Sequence record: NC_048821.1
Length of the DNA: 64,000 nt
Strand: one strand, 5' to 3'
Below, in pieces: positions 29,231 to 38,324 of the stretch. Position numbers and translations under genes: made by a program. The stretch's first letter is position 1. Every line of letters begins with the position of its first letter. Below the pieces are notes generated by a model. That model was not told the DNA's origin. It saw only the letters and a program-made list of their open reading frames with translations, and searched no databases.

Positions 29231-29995
29231 ATGCCAAAAATTAGTAAGCATAAGCAGGCAAAACGTAAACAACGTCAACGTAATGTGCAGGCTTCTAAAT
29301 CTAAACAACGCTTACAAGAAGCAAGAGAAAAACGTCAGTCAAAGGACCGACAACTTCTACAACAGCTCAATGACACTCTTGGTGGCGAACACGCCATGAG
29401 TGATGAAATGAAGAAAGAAGCAAAAGAAAAATTCTGGAAAGTGTTCAGTACATTACCTCCTCAGTTACAAAAAGACGCTATGGAGTCTTTTGAAAAAGAA
29501 GGCGGTACAGTAACACCAATGGACTTGGATGGTATGACTAACCTGCTTTGTGAAGGTCTGAACCACTACATCCGTCCACACGCTCTCGTTGCGACCCTAC
29601 ACTCTTTGGTAGATCAAGAGAAACTTGTATTAACTGAAGAGCTTACTGCTAAGATGGATGCGCTAGACGCAGCCGTACTAAAATACATTGGTAACGCGAC
29701 GGCTATACTGGAAGCTTTCGATACCATCCGCGGGCTCGACGAAGAGTTACAACACCAAGCTATTCTGGATAACGAAGTCCTGGGCGAACTGTTAATCCCG
29801 ACTCTGTTAAGTTATCAAGAAGACAGCGAAGAGATCATCTCTCCGTTGATTGAGTTGTCAGAACCACACACAGAACTTATCAACGACGATATCAAGTTCG
29901 TCGGTGAAATCCTAGGTAAAACTAACCTCTATGAAGTTTCTCGTGAAATCCACTTGGAGCGTGTAGAAGAACTGGTGAAAGTAAAAGGTGAATAA
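29231..29995 (+). CDS. Hypothetical protein with a strongly basic N-terminal arm
   Basis: 254 aa; MPKISKHKQAKRKQRQR...; acidic remainder. Confidence 0.7.
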   Translation: MPKISKHKQAKRKQRQRNVQASKSKQRLQEAREKRQSKDRQLLQQLNDTLGGEHAMSDEMKKEAKEKFWKVFSTLPPQLQKDAMESFEKEGGTVTPMDLDGMTNLLCEGLNHYIRPHALVATLHSLVDQEKLVLTEELTAKMDALDAAVLKYIGNATAILEAFDTIRGLDEELQHQAILDNEVLGELLIPTLLSYQEDSEEIISPLIELSEPHTELINDDIKFVGEILGKTNLYEVSREIHLERVEELVKVKGE

Positions 29996-31613
29996 GATGA
30001 CTGAAGAGTCAAAAGAAATTAAACGCCCTTCTTTGCGTGAAAAGCATACAGCAGAGAACACCACTATGAAGGAGTCGGTAAATCCGGCTCTTCCAAAGAC
30101 CGTGGAATTAGAAGAAGGCGACGTTACTTTCAACATTTTGTTGGGTACGAGTAAAGCTAACTTCGAACCTACTATGCGTCTTGCATTATCTTGGGCGCGC
30201 TACCAGTCTGCGTTAACTGAAGGTAAAGCGACTAAAGCTGAAATCACTCGTTATAAGAATCAGTACGAGGAATTAGCCAAGGAACAACACCCTGGTAAAA
30301 CGGAAGAAGAATTAGAAGTGATGATGTCTAACTTCTTAAGTTTCCACCGTAACCTAGTGGAGCTACCTTACTTCCGAAACCCGATGTTGAAAGATCGTCC
30401 GTGGGAGAACCTTTCTATCTTTGCAGATGGTAAAGAGGAAGGTGACATTGTACCACGTTTCCCTGGGGCTAAAAACGAAGCCACAGCGCTAGCTGAACGC
30501 ATGCAACGCTCTTCACAACGCAAAAGTCGTACACCAAATGGTTATGACGTACTCATGCGTGATTCGTTTATCCAAATCCGTTTAGAACCTAGCTCCATTA
30601 TCGAACTAGGTCAGGTGATTGACAAAATCAACAAAGAAATCCACGGTTACGTTTCTAGCTTCAATGGTAACTCCATGACCTTGATTCGTGCTTCGATTTA
30701 TCGTGTGTTCTGGAATTACATCAGTGAGAAAATCACGAGTCATTCCGTGTCGGATGTCGACGACCCACGTGACTTGACCCGCTTAGTAAAACTATCTGAC
30801 ATTCGTTCGCTGTTTGTTGACATGATGGCGGAACTAGCAGAAGATGGTTTACCTATTCAACTCTACTGCAATCAAAATGGTTGTGACTGGGTTGATTACG
30901 TTAAAGCGGATCCTGTCACTATGCTTTGGCATGACAAAACGTTGCTCAGCGACGAGCAAGCCGCGGCACTAGGTAGTCTAAAGAACTTTGCTGTGAAACA
31001 CACTTTTGAAGAAGTGTTGGCTTTACAAGACCAGTCCAAGTTCGTCGAAAAAGATCACATTGATTTCTATGAAGACACACACCGCTTAGAATTCGCCCAG
31101 CCTTCACTGAGTGAGTATTTCTGTGCTTTTGACGTGTTCATGGATTACATCCAACCAACGCTTCGTGAGATCCGTACGGACACCATGAACGATCAAGAGT
31201 ACGAAAAGAAACTAACCGTACTGATTGATACGGTCCGTGGTCTGGAATACATGCACTGGGCTTCGAAACTCACTATCTTCCCTGAAGCAGGTTCAGATGA
31301 AGAACCTGAGGTCTTTACTCGACGTGAAGACCCGGTTGGATTCTTTAATGGGTTATTACCTATCATTGATGAGTCAGACGATGTAACTCGTAAGTTGATT
31401 CATTGGTGTGTAGAACATGGTCCAGAGATGAGTTCCACTGTAGTGGGTATGAGTAACTCTGTGTGTCCTAAGTGTGGTAAAGACACTCATGGTGGATTGA
31501 CGTCACATGGCATCACTCCTATTGACCCATTCATGAGTTTTTTCATCCTGACCCGCCAAACGATTTCCGACCGAGCGGTGAGCCGCGGGATAATCGCACC
31601 AGACACCCTTTAA
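29988..31613 (+). CDS. Putative tail/baseplate assembly chaperone, short (0-frame) product
   Basis: 541 aa (alternative ATG 29997); CNQNGC and CPKCG Cys pairs reminiscent of T4 gp26-type chaperones; slippery site near the 3-prime end. Confidence 0.55.
   Translation: MNKMTEESKEIKRPSLREKHTAENTTMKESVNPALPKTVELEEGDVTFNILLGTSKANFEPTMRLALSWARYQSALTEGKATKAEITRYKNQYEELAKEQHPGKTEEELEVMMSNFLSFHRNLVELPYFRNPMLKDRPWENLSIFADGKEEGDIVPRFPGAKNEATALAERMQRSSQRKSRTPNGYDVLMRDSFIQIRLEPSSIIELGQVIDKINKEIHGYVSSFNGNSMTLIRASIYRVFWNYISEKITSHSVSDVDDPRDLTRLVKLSDIRSLFVDMMAELAEDGLPIQLYCNQNGCDWVDYVKADPVTMLWHDKTLLSDEQAAALGSLKNFAVKHTFEEVLALQDQSKFVEKDHIDFYEDTHRLEFAQPSLSEYFCAFDVFMDYIQPTLREIRTDTMNDQEYEKKLTVLIDTVRGLEYMHWASKLTIFPEAGSDEEPEVFTRREDPVGFFNGLLPIIDESDDVTRKLIHWCVEHGPEMSSTVVGMSNSVCPKCGKDTHGGLTSHGITPIDPFMSFFILTRQTISDRAVSRGIIAPDTL
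31538..31596 (+). promoter_or_regulatory. Putative programmed -1 ribosomal frameshift signal (slippery heptamer plus pseudoknot)
   Basis: T TTT TTC at 31538-31544 in the X XXY YYZ register; CCCGC(31552-56)/GCGGG(31585-89) and CGATT(31561-65)/AATCG(31592-96) form crossing stems. Confidence 0.65.
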
Positions 31614-32062
31614 TACCAGGGGTCTTAACCGACAACTTATATCACCTATACCGTGAACGGATTTCTAACATTGATCCTGATGGCATAGGTGATGTGCAAC
31701 ATCAAACCATAGCACTGATGTTGTACCGTGCAGGCTACGGACAGTTGTCAAAAGTTCCAGAGCCAGGAGACGATATCAAGCTCTATGACGATAGTTATGA
31801 ATTTGAACATCCATGGTCAATTCAAGCTAGAGCGAGAACCTATGCGTTTTACGAGTTAAAGGAAATCTTTGGCGATCTTAATACGTATTTGAACATGTCC
31901 CCTAAAGTTGCTTCAGAGATTGTTAAGGGTATGAGAAAAGGCGCTGAGGAGTTAAACCAACTCAGACAGCGACAAGCCAAAGCTCAACCTAAGTCTGGAG
32001 AACAATACGATTTGGAACAACAATTAGCTGAACTCGGAAGAGTAGATCTATCCAGCGGGTAA
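31544..32062 (+). CDS. -1 frame extension of the 541-aa protein (gpGT-like); annotated alone as a 122-aa ORF from GTG 31694
   Basis: Frame is open from 31526 with no stop; GTG 31694 has no properly spaced RBS; fusion would be about 691 aa. Confidence 0.6.
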   Translation, partial: HPDPPNDFRPSGEPRDNRTRHPLIPGVLTDNLYHLYRERISNIDPDGIGDVQHQTIALMLYRAGYGQLSKVPEPGDDIKLYDDSYEFEHPWSIQARARTYAFYELKEIFGDLNTYLNMSPKVASEIVKGMRKGAEELNQLRQRQAKAQPKSGEQYDLEQQLAELGRVDLSSG

Positions 32063-32067
32063 TAAGA

Positions 32068-32100
32068 ATAACGTCTGTCCTACGGGGCAGGCGTTATTTC
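32068..32100 (+). terminator. Intrinsic terminator
   Basis: ATAACGTCTGTCC-TACG-GGGCAGGCGTTAT hairpin with G-U pairs. Confidence 0.65.
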
Positions 32101-32141
32101 CACAATTCTATGCTAATCGTAAACAACCACGAGGTATTATC

Positions 32142-32702
32142 ATGGGTAAGTACACACCCCCAGTAGAAGAACAGGTTTTCGAAGAAGTTGAAAAAGAAGA
32201 AGTTACTACTGTTGAAGAAGAGCTTCCTAAAGCAACGGAATCCGAGAAGTTTAAATCGGTTGAAGAACCAGGCACTAAAATCCTACTAGAGAAAGTAGAT
32301 AAGTTTATCACTTTACTAGCAGGTCGTCGTAACGTACCTTCTGAGAAGTACGGTGAAGAACAACTTAACTTCATGCAAGCCTTAGACGATACGTTAAAAG
32401 AAGACTATGGTGTCTTTACCGCGGTAATGGACTACATGGTTAACTCAGTTCGTCGTGAACCTAAAGCGTTTGCTATGGATCGTTTGTTTGTCCATACCCA
32501 ACACCCAGAAGTGAAACGTGCTAAGAAAGAACAATACCTTCAAAAACACATGGCCCTACTTTCTGCCATTGTTACATTAGGTCGTAACTTAAAAGATCGT
32601 CATCGTGTGGGGCGTCAAGTAGATATCGTCATGTTAACCAAGGGTTATCATCCTAAGGTTGCACAAAACCTACAAAACTACTTTACTCGCACGTACAGTT
32701 AA
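32142..32702 (+). CDS. Conserved hypothetical protein with E-rich N-terminus
   Basis: 186 aa; GAGG RBS; TATG late-type motif at 32109-32112. Confidence 0.7.
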   Translation: MGKYTPPVEEQVFEEVEKEEVTTVEEELPKATESEKFKSVEEPGTKILLEKVDKFITLLAGRRNVPSEKYGEEQLNFMQALDDTLKEDYGVFTAVMDYMVNSVRREPKAFAMDRLFVHTQHPEVKRAKKEQYLQKHMALLSAIVTLGRNLKDRHRVGRQVDIVMLTKGYHPKVAQNLQNYFTRTYS

Positions 32703-32719
32703 TAACAGCGTCAGTAAGC

Positions 32720-32767
32720 TAAACTCCATCACCCGTTAAGGTGATGGAGTTTATTTGTCTATTTTTT
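32720..32767 (+). terminator. Intrinsic terminator
   Basis: TAAACTCCATCACC-CGTTAA-GGTGATGGAGTTTA 14-bp stem plus T tract. Confidence 0.75.
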
Positions 32768-32779
32768 AACATACAGTTA

Positions 32780-32805
32780 TTTTCAGATCTATATAGTCTA
32801 GGTGT
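32780..32805 (+). promoter_or_regulatory. Putative early promoter
   Basis: TTTTCAGATCTATATAGTCTAGGTGT, the best match to the motif consensus. Confidence 0.7.
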
Positions 32806-32864
32806 ATAAGCATAGGTATATACATTGCACTTAATTTAATTAACCTTTAATAAGGAACACTATC

Positions 32865-33212
32865 ATGGAAATTTCTAAAACTAACAAAGCACGTATCGCA
32901 TCTGGTCTAGCTACAGTAGCTAACACAGTTATCGCTGAGAAAGTATTTGACTCTCACGCTATTGCTGGTTACCACGCAGTAACAGGTGGTCTACATACTG
33001 CTACAGTACAAGTTGATGAAGAACAAGATTTCAGCACTACTGATGCTGTTATCTACGGTGCGGGAATGGTCGCAGGTGGTACAATCGCATCTGCTGTATT
33101 TAAAGGTATTGGCCGTTTGTTCTCAGGTGATTCAACAGAATCAGAAGAAGACACTGACGAGATCAACCAAGTGATCACTGAAGTAACTGGCCTACAAAAC
33201 CCAGACGCATAA
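32865..33212 (+). CDS. Small Gly/Ala-rich, possibly membrane-inserting early protein
   Basis: 115 aa; AAGGA RBS; hydrophobic segment VIYGAGMVAGGTIASAVFKGIGRLF; acidic tail; high-expression codons. Confidence 0.65.
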   Translation: MEISKTNKARIASGLATVANTVIAEKVFDSHAIAGYHAVTGGLHTATVQVDEEQDFSTTDAVIYGAGMVAGGTIASAVFKGIGRLFSGDSTESEEDTDEINQVITEVTGLQNPDA

Positions 33213-33216
33213 TAAT

Positions 33217-33250
33217 TAGTACCTACCTCCCACTTGGGAGGTAGGTACTA
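33217..33250. terminator. Bidirectional terminator
   Basis: TAGTACCTACCTCCCA-CT-TGGGAGGTAGGTACTA 16-bp inverted repeat between convergent genes. Confidence 0.8.
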
Positions 33251-33270
33251 AACTCTCTTTATTTTTTTGT

Positions 33271-35028
33271 TTAAGCAGCAAGTGGGAGTGGTTCACCATA
33301 CTCCGCTTCATATAGCTCAGGGAAGATCTCATCCATTTCCTCGTAACCAGGGAAACGATGTATAGTCGCACATAGAGACACAGCATTAGCTTTAGGAGAA
33401 GAAGCATAGTTAACGCCAACTTCACGGAATTGAATTGGATTCAATCCTTGTATCGCACAAGCTTCTATCTTAGTCGTCTTATTAGAGATGTTCAATGCTA
33501 CGGTCGCTGTCGGGTACGCCCCCTCCACGTCAATGTCATCCGTGAGACCACGACCTCGAGATCGTATCCCCGGCATCCCGATAAAGACTGCTTTACCATT
33601 GTCTGCGTTTTTCTCTGTTTCTAATAACGCAATCCAATCTCCTAAGGTCGGTTTGTGTTGGTCTAATTCATCTTTCTTACCACCACGTCCTTTGGTTCCC
33701 CAAATGTAACCATGTTCTTCCGCAATAAACGAAAGTTCATTAGAAATACATTTAGGTTGAGATGGGTAATCAAAGAACTCTGTTGACTTCAACAGCAAAG
33801 GTAGGTTCAGTGCGATGTCGTTAGTTTTCTCATCCATTTCCTCAATAACCAAGTTATCGGAAATGTTGTACATACAGTATTCGAACTTAGCGTAACGCTG
33901 CATCCATCGGTGCCACGCTCCCTTACCCTGTGTTAAGTGAGAACCTTTGTCTGTGTAGAGCTTACCCTCGATACCGTTGTCTTGTGCGGTGAACTCCAAT
34001 GAGTAAGATTCTTTCTTACCTTTAGGAGCGTTTTTAATTGCATAGAAACTCGCACCATCCAACCATTGCCATTTGGCCGCCGCACGAACCGTCGGATAAC
34101 GTTCTTGCCACTCAAGTGGTTGAGAGTCACCGTTTTCTTTACGTTTATGAGTACGCCCTTCGTGGTATTGGTAATAACGGAATTCACGAGGAATAGAAGG
34201 GTCGGTATAGACTTCTTCTAAATCACGTCCACCTACGTTAAGCGCGTGTTCGTTCCTAACCATATCGTAGGAGGCGTTCCAAGATGAAATGAAATCAGGT
34301 TCCCACATGTGCCAAACTTTAATGTTGTTTTCCACACACTGAGTTTGGTTATCCACTATTTCGTAAACAACTGTTGCGTTGCGTTTACGTAGGCGTTCAC
34401 CAATTAATTCTTCTTCTGCTTTCTTAAGTCCGTCCAGGATCTCTTCATCCGACATCCCTTCAAAGAAACTCCGAACGACTGCAAAGTAGATATTCTTTTT
34501 CATGGTAGTCGAAGCCATGATGACGTCTTCACCATCACCGTTAACCATATCAGTTTCAACGTCGTATGCTGCCAACGTAGCTGCTTCGGTTTCTTGGTGT
34601 TCAGGATAACGTTCAAAGTAACGACGCTTAATCAATACGGGAACTGAAGTCTCGCAACCGAAAACATACGGGTTTGCCTTTACAGCCATCAGGTCAGCAT
34701 TACGGTCATTGATTCCGTATAAGACTCGTTTAATGTTCATCGCTAATCTGGCTTGAGTAGACTTATATTGTTTGACCAGTCGCTTATCGATGTAATCTTT
34801 CTTTTGTTCAAATTTACGGTATTTTTCTTTAACGATGTAGAAAGGACGAACGTAGTCTGGGACTTTAAGAAATTGGTTAGTACGGTCACCATTTTCGTGT
34901 ATGGTAGTTTGTTTGATGAACGTCATGTCTTTAAGCTTATCCCGCTTAGACGGAACATACACAGCGTGTTTACACACTTTCCCTACAACTGGGGATTCGC
35001 TCGAAGGCGGCGTGTAACTATAATTCAT
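33271..35028 (-). CDS. Family B DNA polymerase N-terminal subunit: 3-prime-5-prime exonuclease plus motif A (phiKZ gp82-like)
   Basis: ExoI YDVETD, ExoII SWNASYD, ExoIII YNISD, motif A DIDVEGAYP; ATG 35028 with AGGAAGG RBS (585 aa). Confidence 0.85.
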   Translation of the reverse strand: MNYSYTPPSSESPVVGKVCKHAVYVPSKRDKLKDMTFIKQTTIHENGDRTNQFLKVPDYVRPFYIVKEKYRKFEQKKDYIDKRLVKQYKSTQARLAMNIKRVLYGINDRNADLMAVKANPYVFGCETSVPVLIKRRYFERYPEHQETEAATLAAYDVETDMVNGDGEDVIMASTTMKKNIYFAVVRSFFEGMSDEEILDGLKKAEEELIGERLRKRNATVVYEIVDNQTQCVENNIKVWHMWEPDFISSWNASYDMVRNEHALNVGGRDLEEVYTDPSIPREFRYYQYHEGRTHKRKENGDSQPLEWQERYPTVRAAAKWQWLDGASFYAIKNAPKGKKESYSLEFTAQDNGIEGKLYTDKGSHLTQGKGAWHRWMQRYAKFEYCMYNISDNLVIEEMDEKTNDIALNLPLLLKSTEFFDYPSQPKCISNELSFIAEEHGYIWGTKGRGGKKDELDQHKPTLGDWIALLETEKNADNGKAVFIGMPGIRSRGRGLTDDIDVEGAYPTATVALNISNKTTKIEACAIQGLNPIQFREVGVNYASSPKANAVSLCATIHRFPGYEEMDEIFPELYEAEYGEPLPLAA

Positions 35029-35042
35029 TTCAGCCTTCCTCA

Positions 35043-35049
35043 TTTTATG
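35043..35049 (+). promoter_or_regulatory. Putative late promoter (TTTTATG)
   Basis: Upstream of the virion operon; same core as 3877 and 55821. Confidence 0.4.
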
Positions 35050-35109
35050 ACTGGATTTAATTAGGTCTAGTATAATGCGCATTGTAGTAAATTTAAAAAG
35101 GTAATCCAA

Positions 35110-36438
35110 ATGATCAACAACAAATTCCTAAACCCGCAACTAAAGGTGGCGGGACTAGAGTTTATGGATTTCCAATCCCGTGATTTCTTTAATGAAATGG
35201 TGGCTTTATTCAAACCCGTTGTTCAGGATGCTCAATTGACTGAACTTCCTATGGGTGTTCACGAAGTCATTAAAAAGTACACTGGGTTTGAGAACCTCAA
35301 CTTCAACCTTATTGATTACGGTAACTTAGCCATCGACGCAGGTTACGTATCTCCTGGAAACATCTTAAATTCCAAAGACATCGAGTATTTCCTACCTAAA
35401 GGTCAAACTAACCTTTATCGTTGGTTTACTCAAAATCAATCTAACTTGATGCGTGGCAGCATTGATTTCAAAACGGGTAAAGTGGGTGGTGCTTACGCTA
35501 CCATGCCTTTTGAAATTTACATCAACCATGATCTGACTGAATTCATGCCTAAGAAATCAGACTTAGACATGACTGAACAATTAGTTGGGTTCATCACACA
35601 TGAACTGGGTCATGCGTTCTCGGGCATATTCTCCATCCACCGTTTCTTGATGGACTCTTACGCTATTACTTCGGCGGTTCATTTCATGAGTAACCAAAGT
35701 CATGGTCAAACAGAAGTTGCGATCTATAAAGATGCTTTGCGTTTAATGGAGATCGACGAGAAGCAAGTTAAAGATCTGAAGAAAATCGCAGAGTGTGGTG
35801 ATACTGAAGTTATCGTCACGAGCTTAACTAAGTTGTCGCAACAACGTACCCAGATGAACTCCCGCTCCCTTGGCGTGGATCTGATGAACGCTGAAGTTCT
35901 TGCTGACGTATACGCCATCCGGATGGGTTGTGATAAGGCACTGATTGAAGGTACCAAAGGGCTTAACGAAGTCTCTGGGATGGAACTCCTTATGGGTACC
36001 CTCATGGGGGGTGTCATCACGGCGGTAGTAACTGCAAGTTGCATCCCTATTTTGGGTTTTATAGCTGGCGCTTTTGTCATGGGTATGGCGTTCACTAGTT
36101 TAATGTATTTCACCACGACCATGGTGGCGGATATCTATGACACCCCGTACCGTCGAATCCTAAACATGTTCCAAGAACAAATCCAACGTCTTAAGCAAGC
36201 TAAGAACTTGTCTGATAGTGACAAACGTAAAGCAATTCGTGACCTAGAGAAAAACCTCAAAGTTGTTCAAGAAGCTAAGCCGTTCTTTGAAGACACTGGC
36301 ATGCAGCGTTTAATGACTTGGATGTTCAGCGAAGGTTCCCCACGCTACGACGCTTTGGAACACTACACAAAAATCATGTTGAACAATGAGATGTCATTGG
36401 TCAATAGCAAAATTCAACTTTTAGGTAAGGGAGCTTAA
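35110..36438 (+). CDS. Putative virion protein with a zinc-metallopeptidase (M48/M56-like) signature and a hydrophobic hairpin
   Basis: THELGHAF (HExxH), EVLADVYAIRMG (ExxAD), long hydrophobic segment from LLMGTLMGG to FTTTMVA. Confidence 0.6.
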   Translation: MINNKFLNPQLKVAGLEFMDFQSRDFFNEMVALFKPVVQDAQLTELPMGVHEVIKKYTGFENLNFNLIDYGNLAIDAGYVSPGNILNSKDIEYFLPKGQTNLYRWFTQNQSNLMRGSIDFKTGKVGGAYATMPFEIYINHDLTEFMPKKSDLDMTEQLVGFITHELGHAFSGIFSIHRFLMDSYAITSAVHFMSNQSHGQTEVAIYKDALRLMEIDEKQVKDLKKIAECGDTEVIVTSLTKLSQQRTQMNSRSLGVDLMNAEVLADVYAIRMGCDKALIEGTKGLNEVSGMELLMGTLMGGVITAVVTASCIPILGFIAGAFVMGMAFTSLMYFTTTMVADIYDTPYRRILNMFQEQIQRLKQAKNLSDSDKRKAIRDLEKNLKVVQEAKPFFEDTGMQRLMTWMFSEGSPRYDALEHYTKIMLNNEMSLVNSKIQLLGKGA

Positions 36439-36439
36439 A

Positions 36440-36850
36440 ATGTCACACCTAAACCATATCTTAAAACTCAACGCTAAGTTGGTTGAAGATGATATCACAA
36501 CCAACCCTGAACATCAAGCTAAGATTGTAGATTCCGCAATCACTCGTGCGATCATTTCTTACGCATACATCACCGGTGGCGTGGAAGGTCCTAATCTAAC
36601 CGACCATGCTAGCGAAGCCATGCGTAATACAGTGGAATACTGGAATGAAGTTTCTCCTGTTAACCATCGTAAGATTTTTGAAGACGTAAGAGCGATCTTG
36701 CAACGTCTTTACAACCAAGCGGTGGCAGGCGGTAACTTTCAACCTATTGAAGTTGAAATTGAAGGTCTGGAAGTCGACTTATTAAAGATTCCTGAGTTCA
36801 CAGCTCTGCACCGTGCGTTGCTAAACGAAATCATTGCCCATAACAAATAA
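36440..36850 (+). CDS. Putative small virion protein
   Basis: 136 aa, in the virion operon. Confidence 0.6.
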   Translation: MSHLNHILKLNAKLVEDDITTNPEHQAKIVDSAITRAIISYAYITGGVEGPNLTDHASEAMRNTVEYWNEVSPVNHRKIFEDVRAILQRLYNQAVAGGNFQPIEVEIEGLEVDLLKIPEFTALHRALLNEIIAHNK

Positions 36851-36860
36851 GGAGTCGATC

Positions 36861-38324
36861 ATGAGTAAAACTCCTAACTTTGTTTCTATGGGGACAGCTT
36901 CGGGTTCTGGTGTTAAGCTAAGTGATGGTGAACAACTCATTGACTTAGACGAACACTACGACGACAAGACCAGTCATGAAGAAACAGAAGCAATTGCGGA
37001 ATACTTACGCAACGGTAAGTTAAGTAAACGTGCTTTGGAACAACAAAAAGTTTCTGGCACTGAGCGCTTTGAACCAGGTTGTACTGAACTTAATGGCATC
37101 TTGGGTGGTGAGTCTTTCCTAAACAGCATCAAAGAAGGCGCTAAGAAATTTGTAGCTTGGGCGATTAAAATGATTTCGGGAGCACTCAAATGGATTTTGG
37201 TTAAAGCTCGTGAGTTCACTAACTATTTCAGTGACAACCGTGAGATTCAAAAGTCCGAAGAGATGCTTCGTGACATCGAAGGTAAACTGATGGAGTTAGG
37301 TGGTCCATCCTTTAACGTCATTGACGTTAAAGAGTTAACCGAAAGTCACCGTCCAGTAGTACGTCGTCTAGAAATGGTACGATTGCTGAAGGCAAGAAAC
37401 GTTAAAGTTCTGGAAGCGGCTAAACGTCTCACAGAGAACTCTTTCCATATCAAGAAATTGATTTCTGAACTGTCGCGTCACAAAGCAAGCGTTAACAAAA
37501 CCAAAGACACTTTTGATAAGAGTGTTAAACACCTTCGTAAACGCGCTAATGAAAAGTCTTTGACTATGGAAGACTTAGGGCTTTGGGAAGCACAAATCAC
37601 GGACTTAGTTGCCCAGCACTTACAAACGCATACTTTGAAAGCAGCGTATGTTAAGTTGGCGGCGGCAACCACGGTCGATGAGAAAGATCAAAACATCATC
37701 GATGTGGACAAACAATTCCGTGAATTCTCCGATATGATGAAGCGTACCCAGGAAGCCACCAAAGATAATGTTTCGGTAGAAGAGTTCGCTCAATTGTCAG
37801 ACTTCGGTAATCTACTCCGTAAGCAGATCAGTGAGAACCCTGGAGAGTGGGATATCGAAGTTGATATGTCTGATCTTAAAGACTTCGATAAACTGGTATC
37901 TATGAGTGACTTGGAGTTCTTCGAAACACTTGCACAGGAAACTGGTAACCCTCGCCCGGTAGCTGTGTACCGAGAGTTTGTGGCTCGTTGTGCTAACTAC
38001 GCAACTACGTTACAGATGTGTATCGAAGCCTCTGTGCGCTACAGTAACGAAGCACGTTACTTGGCAGAGTGGTCTCAACGTTATGATACTATCTTAGGTA
38101 TCTACTCCTTAGAAACTGTCAAGCAACGTAAAGACGCCCGTCAAGCTCACTATGATGCAACTGGTGAACAAATCGACACGGCTAACTTAAGGGATGTTCC
38201 TGAACATGCTCTTGACCCTGCTGAACGTCAGTGGCGTGCATTGTACGACCGTCTGTTGCCTGGGATGAAGAAGACGATGAACACGTTGTCTCGTAAACTC
38301 AATGCAGGAGTGACCGTAAAATGA
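36861..38324 (+). CDS. Putative internal head protein with propeptide
   Basis: ATG 36861 with AAGGAG RBS (487 aa); SGTE and GGES/F protease-type sites followed by the paralog-family FLNSIKEG..K segment. Confidence 0.6.
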   Translation: MSKTPNFVSMGTASGSGVKLSDGEQLIDLDEHYDDKTSHEETEAIAEYLRNGKLSKRALEQQKVSGTERFEPGCTELNGILGGESFLNSIKEGAKKFVAWAIKMISGALKWILVKAREFTNYFSDNREIQKSEEMLRDIEGKLMELGGPSFNVIDVKELTESHRPVVRRLEMVRLLKARNVKVLEAAKRLTENSFHIKKLISELSRHKASVNKTKDTFDKSVKHLRKRANEKSLTMEDLGLWEAQITDLVAQHLQTHTLKAAYVKLAAATTVDEKDQNIIDVDKQFREFSDMMKRTQEATKDNVSVEEFAQLSDFGNLLRKQISENPGEWDIEVDMSDLKDFDKLVSMSDLEFFETLAQETGNPRPVAVYREFVARCANYATTLQMCIEASVRYSNEARYLAEWSQRYDTILGIYSLETVKQRKDARQAHYDATGEQIDTANLRDVPEHALDPAERQWRALYDRLLPGMKKTMNTLSRKLNAGVTVK

